From positions 1 through 64,000 of IMG/VR virus record IMGVR_UViG_3300042473_001540: a stretch of 64,000 nucleotides of DNA, one strand, 5' to 3'. The position numbers and the translations under genes were made by a program. The notes beneath the pieces were generated by a model that worked only from the letters and a program-made list of their open reading frames with translations, ran no database searches and had not been told where the DNA came from. Positions 21,556 to 29,241 of this stretch are shown piece after piece (position 1 is the stretch's first letter; each line of letters opens with the position of its first letter).

Positions 21556-21675
21556 AATCGTAGATGAAACAATTGAGCTAAACGCTCCCAAAGGTCAACT
21601 GGGTGAAAGTCCCCGGTCTAGAGCTGATAATGGTAGACAAATCCATGCAGCCAGTAATATTATTCATCTACGATT
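21556..21675 (+). ncRNA. Candidate structured RNA
   Basis: 13-bp closing stem AATCGTAGATGAA/TTCATCTACGATT enclosing small hairpins. Confidence 0.5.
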
Positions 21676-21700
21676 GTTTTAAGACAAAAGGATAGAATTT

Positions 21701-21775
21701 GGTCAGTTGGCAGAGCGATTATGCAACGGACTGCAAATCCGTTACACGGGGGTTTAAATCCCTCACTGACCTCCA
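21701..21775 (+). tRNA. tRNA-Cys(GCA)
   Basis: Cloverleaf; ACGGA-CTGCAAA-TCCGT; U73, CCA. Confidence 0.9.
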
Positions 21776-21784
21776 AATATTTGT

Positions 21785-21857
21785 GGCGCCATAGTTTAGT
21801 GGTCGAGAACACTCCGTTTTCACCGGAGAGACGGGATTTCAATTATCCCTGGCGCTA
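21785..21857 (+). tRNA. tRNA-Glu(TTC)
   Basis: CTCCG-TTTTCAC-CGGAG anticodon arm; cloverleaf. Confidence 0.85.
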
Positions 21858-21904
21858 TTCACCTATATTGACACCAAGATACATATCCTGTAGATACAAC
21901 TGAT

Positions 21905-21994
21905 GGAGCTGTGGCCGAGAGGCTTAAGGCGACGGTTTGCTAAACCGTTGTACATTGTAAAGGTGTACCGAGGGTTCGAATCCCTCCGGCTCCG
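21905..21994 (+). tRNA. tRNA-Ser(GCT)
   Basis: Long variable arm, TTCGAAT, G73. Confidence 0.92.
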
Positions 21995-22012
21995 GAAATT
22001 TTTGAGAATCAA

Positions 22013-22822
22013 ATGAACAAAGTATATGATTGTTTCAGTTTCAACGGAGAATGGGATTTACTGGAGTTAAGGCTCAATACTCTTGATCCTGTGGTTGATT
22101 ATTTCGTAATTGCTGAAAGCAATCACACACATATGGGCATACCCAAAAAATTACAGTTCAATATTCGTGACAGCAGATTAAGTAAATTCACACGCAAGAT
22201 ACGTTATATCCTGGTTTCAGATATGCCCAATCAAGATGCGTGGGGCAATGATAGATTTCAGCGGAATGCCGCTATGAGAGGCTTGTGGGACGCACAGCCA
22301 CAAGATTTGGTCATTATAAGCGACTGTGACGAACTACCAAGGCGAGAGGCAGTAGGGGTTGCTAGAGATCACAGCTATAACTTGTTTGGTTTTGAACTAG
22401 CTTGGTATTACTGTTACATTAACAATGTGAATGTTCACGGGCATCCTCCAGAAATAGCATCGGTTGGGGTTCGTTTCCAAGAACTCAAAAACCATACGCC
22501 AGATGATTACCGATGGGGTATCCGCGGAGCCAAGTATCAGGGCATTTGGATTTTCACCAACAGTGGTTGGCATTTCAGTTATCTTATGGACAAAGAAAAA
22601 ATAATTGAGAAAGTGCAGAATTTTACTCATCAAGAGTTCAACAACCCAAAAGTTTTGAGCACAATTGATCCAGTTGAAGCTGCATTGGCAGGACGCGACC
22701 TTTTGGGCAGAGACTGGATGAGTTGGAAATTGATGGAAAAAAATCAATTGGACCTACCAGCATATATTTGGAAAAATTGGACCAAATTTGAAAAACACTT
22801 TTTGTCACCAGGATTAGAATGA
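22013..22822 (+). CDS. Glycosyltransferase family 17-like protein
   Basis: VYDCFSFNGEWDLLELRL, FQRNA, ISDCDELP, GWHFSY. Confidence 0.85.
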   Translation: MNKVYDCFSFNGEWDLLELRLNTLDPVVDYFVIAESNHTHMGIPKKLQFNIRDSRLSKFTRKIRYILVSDMPNQDAWGNDRFQRNAAMRGLWDAQPQDLVIISDCDELPRREAVGVARDHSYNLFGFELAWYYCYINNVNVHGHPPEIASVGVRFQELKNHTPDDYRWGIRGAKYQGIWIFTNSGWHFSYLMDKEKIIEKVQNFTHQEFNNPKVLSTIDPVEAALAGRDLLGRDWMSWKLMEKNQLDLPAYIWKNWTKFEKHFLSPGLE

Positions 22823-23625
22823 AAAAGAAAGTTTATGACTGTTTTTGTTTCAATGGTGAATGGAGCATACTCGAGCTACGTTTGAACACACACACCCCTG
22901 TTGTGGACTATTTTGTGATTGTTGAAAGCATTTTCACACATGTGGGTCGCCCCAAGGAATTGAAATTTGATATCTCTGACCCAAGAGTTGCAGATTTTGC
23001 CCACAAAATACGATATATTTTAGTAACGGATTTTCCCAATGAAAGCGTTTGGGGTAACGAAGTCTTTCAAAGAGATGCCATTACCCGAGGATTGTGGGAT
23101 GCAGAGCCCAACAGCTTGATCTTGATATCAGATTGTGATGAAATCATTAGACCTGACTGTATACAAGCCTGTCTTGAAAACCAAGAATACAAGCTTTTTG
23201 GATTTCAACAGTTGAGTTATTTCACGTTTTTAAATAACAAAAATGAAGCAGGCAGTGGTCCTCAAGTTTGGAGTGTGGGGGTATATTTTGAAGAACTCAA
23301 AAATGCCACTCCTACAGAATATCGAATGGGCATTAGAGATGGACATTTCTCTCACATGTGGTGGTGGCACGATGCTGGATGGCATCTCAGCTATATGATG
23401 ACAAAGGAACAAATAATTGAAAAAGTCCAGAACTTTGCTCATCAAGAGTTCAACACTCCTGGCGTTTTGAGCAAGATTGATCCCATCAAACGAGCTAGGG
23501 CTGGGGAAGATATTTTGGGTAGAGAACATTGTCGATGGCAGCTTTTGCCTTTTGACTCTGTGGATTTACCCGCTTACGTGAGGCAAAATCCAGATAAGTA
23601 TCAAAAATACTTTTTAGAGCCTTAA
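22819..23625 (+). CDS. Glycosyltransferase family 17-like protein (tandem paralog)
   Basis: Same motifs as 22013..22822. Confidence 0.85.
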   Translation: MKKKVYDCFCFNGEWSILELRLNTHTPVVDYFVIVESIFTHVGRPKELKFDISDPRVADFAHKIRYILVTDFPNESVWGNEVFQRDAITRGLWDAEPNSLILISDCDEIIRPDCIQACLENQEYKLFGFQQLSYFTFLNNKNEAGSGPQVWSVGVYFEELKNATPTEYRMGIRDGHFSHMWWWHDAGWHLSYMMTKEQIIEKVQNFAHQEFNTPGVLSKIDPIKRARAGEDILGREHCRWQLLPFDSVDLPAYVRQNPDKYQKYFLEP

Positions 23626-23636
23626 CACTACACTAT

Positions 23637-23712
23637 GGGCCTATAGCTCATTTGGGAGAGCGCTTGATTTGCATTCAAGAGGCGCCTGGTTCGAACCCAG
23701 GTAGGTCCACCA
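23637..23712 (+). tRNA. tRNA-Ala(TGC)
   Basis: G3-U70, canonical cloverleaf, CCA. Confidence 0.92.
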
Positions 23713-23726
23713 ATTTAAATAAATGT

Positions 23727-23802
23727 GCCAGCATAGCACAGCGGTAGTTGCATCTGCTTTACACGCAGGATGTCGGGAGTTCAAATCTCTCTGCTGGTAC
23801 CA
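23727..23802 (+). tRNA. tRNA-Val(TAC)
   Basis: Cloverleaf, CCA. Confidence 0.9.
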
Positions 23803-23806
23803 TTAT

Positions 23807-23882
23807 GCCAACCTAGTGATCGTGGTCGACACAAACCGCTGAAGACGGTAAGAGCCTGGTTCAATCCCAGGGGTTGGCACCA
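23807..23882 (+). tRNA. tRNA-Phe(GAA)
   Basis: ACCG-CTGAAGA-CGGT, CCA. Confidence 0.85.
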
Positions 23883-24044
23883 TTTCAAAGATATACCATG
23901 CCTAAAACCCTAATTTCATCATATGCTTAGTCGTAGGGACATGTTGGCAACACAATTGCATCTCGCCACGCAACGTGTTGGGGTAAATCCTCCTCCCCCA
24001 ACCATGGGAATAAATAAGTCAAAAGTCTAATACAGAGGACTAGA

Positions 24045-24506
24045 ATGAGCTCATCTGAATTTTTGAGAAAGCTTTCTCTTTTGATAGAGAACAGTGGGTA
24101 TGATACTAGACTGTTGACTCTTCGAGAAAAGGTTGAGAGAGTCATGAAGCAACCTGACTTAGATTCGTGGAAAGAGTTAACAGAATTTGTGCTGCACTTA
24201 AACACTGACGGCTTGGATGAGCTTGAAAAAATCACTGTTGACAAAATCAAAAATGTGTGTGCCAAAGTTGAAGCCAAACCTCAATTGGCACAAAACATGA
24301 GACTGGTTTTAGATACTCATTATGGGCATTTGGCTTTTTTCACAGGCGGTAAGAAAAGTAACTTCAAGGAAAATGCGCCAACTATTGTGAGTGCTACCAC
24401 CAAAAGTGGAGAAATAGATCGTGCTGTGGCGGACCGGATTGAAGACCCTGAAGGTTATTTCAAAAAGGCGAGCAGTTACTATAGCAAAAAGCGGAAACGG
24501 AAATAA
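24045..24506 (+). CDS. Hypothetical protein
   Basis: TAAATA and GAGGA upstream. Confidence 0.65.
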   Translation: MSSSEFLRKLSLLIENSGYDTRLLTLREKVERVMKQPDLDSWKELTEFVLHLNTDGLDELEKITVDKIKNVCAKVEAKPQLAQNMRLVLDTHYGHLAFFTGGKKSNFKENAPTIVSATTKSGEIDRAVADRIEDPEGYFKKASSYYSKKRKRK

Positions 24507-24591
24507 CGCTTTTTGGAGTTGACAGTGTAAGTTTGCACTGTAAATTTACGATGTTGAGGACCGGTAGTAATTGGTCCTCAACAAAAACTAT

Positions 24592-24670
24592 GGATCACAT
24601 GTACTCACTGGTGTGTACAACGGTCTTTTAAACCGTCCTCTGCGGGGTTCGATTCCCCGGTGATCCTCCA
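24592..24670 (+). tRNA. tRNA-Lys(TTT)
   Basis: ACGGT-CTTTTAA-ACCGT, CCA. Confidence 0.85.
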
Positions 24671-24678
24671 ATACTTTT

Positions 24679-24754
24679 GGACCGTTAACTCAGTGGTAAG
24701 AGTGCCATCCTCTTAAGTTGGAAGTCCTGGGTTCAAATCCCAGACGGTCCTCCA
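24679..24754 (+). tRNA. tRNA-Lys(CTT)
   Basis: Cloverleaf, CTCTTAA loop, CCA. Confidence 0.88.
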
Positions 24755-24760
24755 AATTTT

Positions 24761-24835
24761 GCGCATCTGGCTGAGAAGGGAAGCACACCCTTGATAAGGG
24801 TGGAGAGGCAGGGGCAGTACCTGCGGTGCGCACCA
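24761..24835 (+). tRNA. tRNA-Ile(GAT), atypical T loop
   Basis: CACCC-TTGATAA-GGGTG; T loop GGCAGTA; CCA. Confidence 0.8.
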
Positions 24836-24850
24836 AGTTAAGAATATAAT

Positions 24851-24925
24851 GGGGCATGGGCAAGGTACCCGGAGGATCTTTGCAAGATCCTAGCCTGATC
24901 GGCGCGATACCGATATGCTCCACCA
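24851..24925 (+). tRNA. tRNA-Ala(TGC) second copy, atypical
   Basis: G3-U70; GGATC-TTTGCAA-GATCC; T loop CGCGATA; CCA. Confidence 0.7.
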
Positions 24926-24930
24926 ATTGT

Positions 24931-25004
24931 AGGTCGCTGGTGAATTAGTATCACGTTGAGCTCCAACCTCAAAGTGCCGGGGGCGGTACCTGGGTGGCCT
25001 GCCA
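24931..25004 (+). tRNA. tRNA-Trp(CCA), atypical T loop
   Basis: TTGAG-CTCCAAC-CTCAA; G73; CCA. Confidence 0.8.
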
Positions 25005-25024
25005 ACTATTCTCTCAACCAACAA

Positions 25025-25133
25025 TTGCCATCGAGGTTGGAACAGCCTCCCAACACACCATGAGAATGGTAACTAGCCGGCAGCAATCACCTAGCTGGTG
25101 AAGAAATCCGGAAGTGGCATCCGGCGATGGCGA
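25025..25133 (+). ncRNA. Candidate multibranch RNA
   Basis: TTGCCATCG/CGATGGCGA closing stem with four internal hairpins. Confidence 0.45.
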
Positions 25134-25152
25134 TTTAACGTCAAGACAATAA

Positions 25153-25205
25153 GGGCCTGTAGCTCAACTGAATAGAGCGTGAGACTTTGGATCTCAAGGT
25201 TGAGA
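25153..25205 (+). pseudogene. Truncated tRNA (Arg-like body, TTG anticodon)
   Basis: Intact 5' acceptor strand, D and anticodon arms; no T arm or matching 3' acceptor strand. Confidence 0.55.
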
Positions 25206-25328
25206 TGGTTTACTCCTGTCATACCTGGGGAAATTGTACGCAGATCCTACGGATCAATGTCAGGTTGACTCCACACCCTCTTAAAGCCATGTAAATAAAT
25301 GCAGACAATAAGACAGGAGCAGGGTTAT

Positions 25329-25697
25329 ATGGGAACGCATGACCTTAGAAAATACATCAATATCTTGCAAGAAAATAGCCAAAAGCCTAACGCTCTGTTA
25401 GAATTTGAAGATGACAGAGATGATGGCGACGGAGATGGCGAAGAAGAATATATGGAAGCTAAATTTCGTTTTGTCCTCCGAGGCGTAAAATATGCAGGTA
25501 TAGTACGTGTGTTTCCAGGAGGCAACGAAACAACTGTAGAGTATGATCTTAACGGTAGAAGATATACTAAGACTATGGACTCTAGTTCAGTAGATGACTA
25601 TGATGAATTTATAAGGAATGCCAAAGGATTCATCCAAGAAATCAACATGTTGAAAGGCGATGGCCACCATTCAGTGGAAGATATTCCAACTACCTAA
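25329..25697 (+). CDS. Hypothetical protein
   Basis: TAAATA upstream; HDLRKYINILQE start resembles 41167. Confidence 0.6.
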   Translation: MGTHDLRKYINILQENSQKPNALLEFEDDRDDGDGDGEEEYMEAKFRFVLRGVKYAGIVRVFPGGNETTVEYDLNGRRYTKTMDSSSVDDYDEFIRNAKGFIQEINMLKGDGHHSVEDIPTT

Positions 25698-25782
25698 TAT
25701 AAATCATTTTGGGTAAATCGTATAGCAGCTTTTCAACTGTCTTGGCAAGACAAGTAACGCCTGCGACGTGTACCAAGTTTAT

Positions 25783-25857
25783 GGTGTCTAGAGTCAGCAA
25801 GTGTGGACGCGGGTCTGTGGAACCCGCCAGTCGGGGGCAGTACCCGATAGACACCCA
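25783..25857 (+). tRNA. tRNA-His(GTG)
   Basis: G-1:C73; CGGGT-CTGTGGA-ACCCG; T loop GGCAGTA. Confidence 0.82.
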
Positions 25858-25869
25858 TTAAATATTACT

Positions 25870-26355
25870 ATGAAAATAAGTGAAATCACCTTACCAAAAA
25901 CGCGATGGGATGCACATGGTATTCTTGTAAAAGCTGGATATAAGAGATTGGGCAGCGGAGCATTTGCTTCTGTTTATGAAAAACCTGGCCGCCCATATGT
26001 TATAAAGTTGTTCGGTAGTGAAGACAGTGCATATCGTGCATTTATTGATCTAGCAAGAAAACATCCAAACAAACATTTTCCAAAGTTTTTTGGTAAATTG
26101 ATTCGCTTTCCTGATTTTTATGGTATAAGAATGGAAAAACTCTCACCATATAAAGGAAACTCCAGGTATATCCGAGATTACATCTTGTTTGGAGAAGACG
26201 AGACAGAAGAAATCATGCATCGGCCAGAATTAGCAGAAGCATGCGATTTGATCACGACTTTGCTGGGAAAATACAATCTCGATATCAAGAATGATAATAT
26301 TATGCAGAGAGGAAATACCCTTGTGTTTATTGACCCAGTTTGGGGCAAAGAATAA
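25870..26355 (+). CDS. Minimal protein kinase-like protein
   Basis: LGSGAFASVY, VIK, DIKNDNIM, FIDP. Confidence 0.7.
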   Translation: MKISEITLPKTRWDAHGILVKAGYKRLGSGAFASVYEKPGRPYVIKLFGSEDSAYRAFIDLARKHPNKHFPKFFGKLIRFPDFYGIRMEKLSPYKGNSRYIRDYILFGEDETEEIMHRPELAEACDLITTLLGKYNLDIKNDNIMQRGNTLVFIDPVWGKE

Positions 26356-26379
26356 AAAGCAGACGCCAAGAGATAATAT

Positions 26380-26449
26380 CCCAGGTTGAACCAGCGTTCC
26401 ACCGGCCTTCATACGGCTGAGTGAAAAGGTGCAACTCCTTTGCCTGGGA
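26380..26449 (+). tRNA. tRNA with CAT anticodon (Met-type), atypical
   Basis: CGGCC-TTCATAC-GGCTG; short D arm; T loop TGCAACT. Confidence 0.65.
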
Positions 26450-26537
26450 CTAAAAATATAAGTTGACTGACCCCTCAACGCACTTATAATCTGTGTATTG
26501 ATAGAGAGCGGTGAGGTAGAGACAAAAATAGAGATTA

Positions 26538-26614
26538 TCCCGGACGGGCGCAAGGTGTGCCAGCAGATTGTTAATCTGTTCATCAGGAAAGTTCGATTCT
26601 TTCTCCGGGAGCCA
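26538..26614 (+). tRNA. tRNA-Asn(GTT)
   Basis: GCAGA-TTGTTAA-TCTGT; G73; CCA. Confidence 0.85.
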
Positions 26615-26622
26615 AAAACAAG

Positions 26623-26765
26623 ATAGGACTGACGATGGTCCTCCCTCAAGGGTTCGAGTACATGGTTGGGTTAGCGTCCAACTTGCAGCAATGTGCGAAA
26701 TCACAGCGTCCTCTGGAGCTGGGTGTAATGCCCAGATAGGCAGCCGGTTAAGCCGAACAAGCCGG
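26623..26765 (+). ncRNA. Unknown structured RNA, copy 1
   Basis: Diverged repeat of 26898-27042 with compensatory stem changes. Confidence 0.7.
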
Positions 26766-26897
26766 TATATCATACGCAGACACGGCGCTGCATGGTTGCT
26801 ACAAGGAACATTTTGAGAGAATGGTGTGTAGGGATAGACAAGCGCGACGCCCAGGGTTGGCCAACTTATGAGACGTGAACCGTTTCCGCACCAGCAA

Positions 26898-27042
26898 ATA
26901 GGACTGCCCATGGTCCTCCTGAAAAGGTTTGAGAACATGCCTGGAGTTTATCGCCTAGGTAGTAACAATGTTTGAAATTTACAGAGGTCTCTGGTGCTAC
27001 GTGTAACTCGTAGATAGTCAGCCGGTTAAGACGAAAAGCCGG
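26898..27042 (+). ncRNA. Unknown structured RNA, copy 2
   Basis: See copy 1. Confidence 0.7.
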
Positions 27043-27126
27043 AGTATTTGTTGTTACCTACTCTTTACTGGGGTGTCATTCAAGTCTAGAGACGTGTGCA
27101 GCCAGCGTCAAACTATAAATATCCTT

Positions 27127-27489
27127 ATGTTGATATTTGAAGTTTTGGCGCCAGCGAACACAAGACTGGAATTGGGAAAACAACTACAAAGTATTTTAGA
27201 TGCTGTGCGTGGTCCAGAAAACAGCCGGGTCAAGTTAACCAAACATCTTCTAGATAAAATGTTACAATACAATATTCGTGCCAGTAATGTTGCAGCTATG
27301 GTAAAAAAAGCTTTTCGATTCCACAATCGCCCGTTGGCTGAACTGGGAACAAACAACAGAATCATATTGCGGAAAACAGATAAAACTGGCTTGGTGGTAG
27401 TCAAAAACACACACGGTGATTATGTGCTGGCTACTATTGACCCCAATTTGTATAACGTTAAAAATCCCAGTCCAGAACTGCGTGTGTAG
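27127..27489 (+). CDS. Hypothetical protein
   Basis: TATAAATA immediately upstream. Confidence 0.6.
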   Translation: MLIFEVLAPANTRLELGKQLQSILDAVRGPENSRVKLTKHLLDKMLQYNIRASNVAAMVKKAFRFHNRPLAELGTNNRIILRKTDKTGLVVVKNTHGDYVLATIDPNLYNVKNPSPELRV

Positions 27490-27538
27490 TTGACAGTTTC
27501 CTTCTCTCATATATAATTGAAAATAGATAGATATTTGG

Positions 27539-27657
27539 CCTGCTTTATATGCAGTCCTACAGCAGGTATTGAGTGCTCTGCCCAAAAGCGTTGCACCGTA
27601 CACAAATTCAAATGAATTTGTGGGTTTTGGGCAGGAAGGGGAGTGTGCAACCTCCCT
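27539..27657 (+). ncRNA. Candidate pseudoknotted leader RNA
   Basis: Nested stems plus GTTGCAC/GTGCAAC loop-loop complement, downstream of TTGACA...TATAAT. Confidence 0.45.
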
Positions 27658-27690
27658 GAGAGATTTTTGTTTGAGTGGAAGGAACTCAAA

Positions 27691-27885
27691 ATGACACGAC
27701 TGTTACCAATTGTTGCTTTGTTGGGCCTATTGATTGGCTGTGCACCCGCACCCTACTATTCCGATCACCGATCTGGCTACAGCACATACCCGCGACACTA
27801 TGGTCCTCCAACACCAGTGTGTCATTACACTAGCTATTATGACAGATATCAGCGTCGCCACGTCACTGTCCGACGCTGTCACTAG
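27691..27885 (+). CDS. Small lipoprotein
   Basis: Signal peptide with LLIGC lipobox. Confidence 0.65.
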   Translation: MTRLLPIVALLGLLIGCAPAPYYSDHRSGYSTYPRHYGPPTPVCHYTSYYDRYQRRHVTVRRCH

Positions 27886-27890
27886 ATTTA

Positions 27891-27966
27891 GGGCCATGTT
27901 GGACACCCCACTGGAAAACCCACAGTGGACGATGACGGGGTCTGGGATCATCTCCCAGGTGGTCCA
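27891..27966 (+). ncRNA. tRNA-like RNA with Ala identity (no D or normal anticodon arm)
   Basis: GGGCCAT/GTGGTCC-A with G3-U70; T arm CTGGG-ATCATCT-CCCAG. Confidence 0.45.
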
Positions 27967-27988
27967 CTAAGTTTTCATTTACGAGTTA

Positions 27989-28063
27989 CTGGGTGTAGCT
28001 CAGAAGCAGAGCGCTGGTTTTGGGAACCAGAGGCCAGGATTGCGAAATTCCTCACCCGGACCA
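27989..28063 (+). tRNA. tRNA-Pro(TGG)
   Basis: CTGGT-TTTGGGA-ACCAG; T loop TGCGAAA; CCA. Confidence 0.85.
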
Positions 28064-28075
28064 CTTTTTACCTAT

Positions 28076-28164
28076 GAGCAGCTTCCCCCACACCGGTCTG
28101 TAAAACCGACGCCTTTCAAAACAGTGGGGAATTGAGGCGAGGGGAGAGTTACCCTGGTTGCTCA
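28076..28164 (+). tRNA. Atypical tRNA-Tyr(GTA) lacking a D hairpin
   Basis: GAGCAGC/GTTGCTC-A; CGGT-CTGTAAA-ACCG; long variable arm. Confidence 0.55.
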
Positions 28165-28305
28165 AAACTCTAAATAGCCTTGTAGATAAGGTATCTACAA
28201 ACATTTGAAAAATCAAAGGAAACCTAAAATGCCAAGTGGCAGTATACAGCCGTCAATTTAGGGTTCTCAAGTCTCCTAAGTTGACGGCAATAGTAGGAGA
28301 CAGCT

Positions 28306-28623
28306 ATGCGTAAATTTATCAAGAATAGGTTTGAGATTTTGGCTGAGTGGATCAGCGCCAATTTGGGTCACCCATATGCGTTTTTGAGCGCAGCAGGTTC
28401 AGTTGTATTATGGGCCTTGCTGGGGCCAGTGTTTGGATTCAGTGACACATGGCAGCTGGTAATCAATACCAGCACAACCATTGTTACGTTTTTGATGGTG
28501 TTCCTATTGCAGAACACTGGCAATAGAGGCATCAAAGAAATGGACGAGCGTATCAAAAGTCTGGAGCGGCAAAACAATCAATTGCTGACGGAGATACGTG
28601 CAATGGTTCACACCAAAGTTTAA
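28306..28623 (+). CDS. Low-affinity iron permease family protein
   Basis: GPVFGFSDTWQLVINTSTTIVTFLMVFLLQNT. Confidence 0.85.
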   Translation: MRKFIKNRFEILAEWISANLGHPYAFLSAAGSVVLWALLGPVFGFSDTWQLVINTSTTIVTFLMVFLLQNTGNRGIKEMDERIKSLERQNNQLLTEIRAMVHTKV

Positions 28624-28713
28624 GGAAGTGTGGCAGAGCGGCTCTAATGCACTGGTCTTGAAAACCAGCGAAGGCAGGAATGTCTTCCGTGGGTTCGAAT
28701 CCCACCACTTCCG
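28624..28713 (+). tRNA. tRNA-Ser(TGA)
   Basis: Long variable arm, TTCGAAT, G73. Confidence 0.92.
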
Positions 28714-28752
28714 TTCGTTGACACAGCCTAGTGGACGCCCATATAATTGAGA

Positions 28753-29007
28753 ATGAATATCACTTCTACTAGAGTGGCTCCCACAAGTGAGGAAATCACT
28801 GCTGCAAGAAAATGGGTTCGAAAACAGTTTCCCTATGCACTTGCGCCATCGTATAGTCCAGGACAAGGCCATTTGATGTTCAGGTTCATGGAAGAAACTT
28901 TTGGTCCTTGTGACGTCTGCTGGACCTATCTTGAGCCAGAAGTGTTGTTTAAAACAGAAGAAGATCGAGCAGCATTTTTACTCAGCTGGGGAAAATGGGA
29001 CGAATAG
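28753..29007 (+). CDS. Small hypothetical protein, F-x7-8-F-x-L-x-W family
   Basis: C-terminus FKTEEDRAAFLLSW; sigma70 promoter upstream. Confidence 0.6.
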   Translation: MNITSTRVAPTSEEITAARKWVRKQFPYALAPSYSPGQGHLMFRFMEETFGPCDVCWTYLEPEVLFKTEEDRAAFLLSWGKWDE

Positions 29008-29059
29008 CCTGCATGGATCATTTGCAGCTAGCAAGATGCTGCTATATACTATGTACTGT

Positions 29060-29222
29060 GCCGGATTAGCTCATTTGGTAGAGCAATTGATTTTTCCGTG
29101 GCGGGATAATGCCACCAACTGGTGAATAAATTTACCAGTTGTTTGTGGGCAACACTGGCCTAAAGCCAGTACGCCAAATGGTAATCAATAGGTGGTCAGT
29201 TCGAAACTGACATCCGGCACCA
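29060..29222 (+). tRNA. tRNA-Thr (TGT or GGT) with 87-nt anticodon-loop insertion
   Basis: Perfect 5' and 3' tRNA halves (ATTGA/TCAAT stem, TTCGAAA, ACCA) separated by a structured insert. Confidence 0.8.
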
Positions 29223-29241
29223 TAATTGAAAGGCAGCAACA

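Noticed and set aside
21687-21700. Third copy of the NAD leader motif (AAAAGGATAGA)
   Set aside because: Lacks the CCTT arm, so no hairpin, and it is not in a comparable promoter position.
21660-21903. Short ORFs over tRNA/ncRNA regions (also 24690-24926, 26230-26938, 38715-38906, 40015-40266, 45388-45639, 1873-2370)
   Set aside because: They overlap clear tRNA cloverleaves or structured RNA and lack RBS or protein motifs.
25711-25775. Possible tRNA-Ala(GGC) ending in ACCA
   Set aside because: Has a TGTC-TTGGCAA-GACA hairpin but no convincing acceptor, D or T arm.
26626-26642. Hammerhead ribozyme suggested by CTGACGA
   Set aside because: The motif sits in a hairpin loop and is not kept in the second copy (CTGCCCA).
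29093-29180. Group I intron in tRNA-Thr
   Set aside because: 87 nt is too short and no P7 catalytic-core sequences are recognisable; kept as an unexplained insertion.
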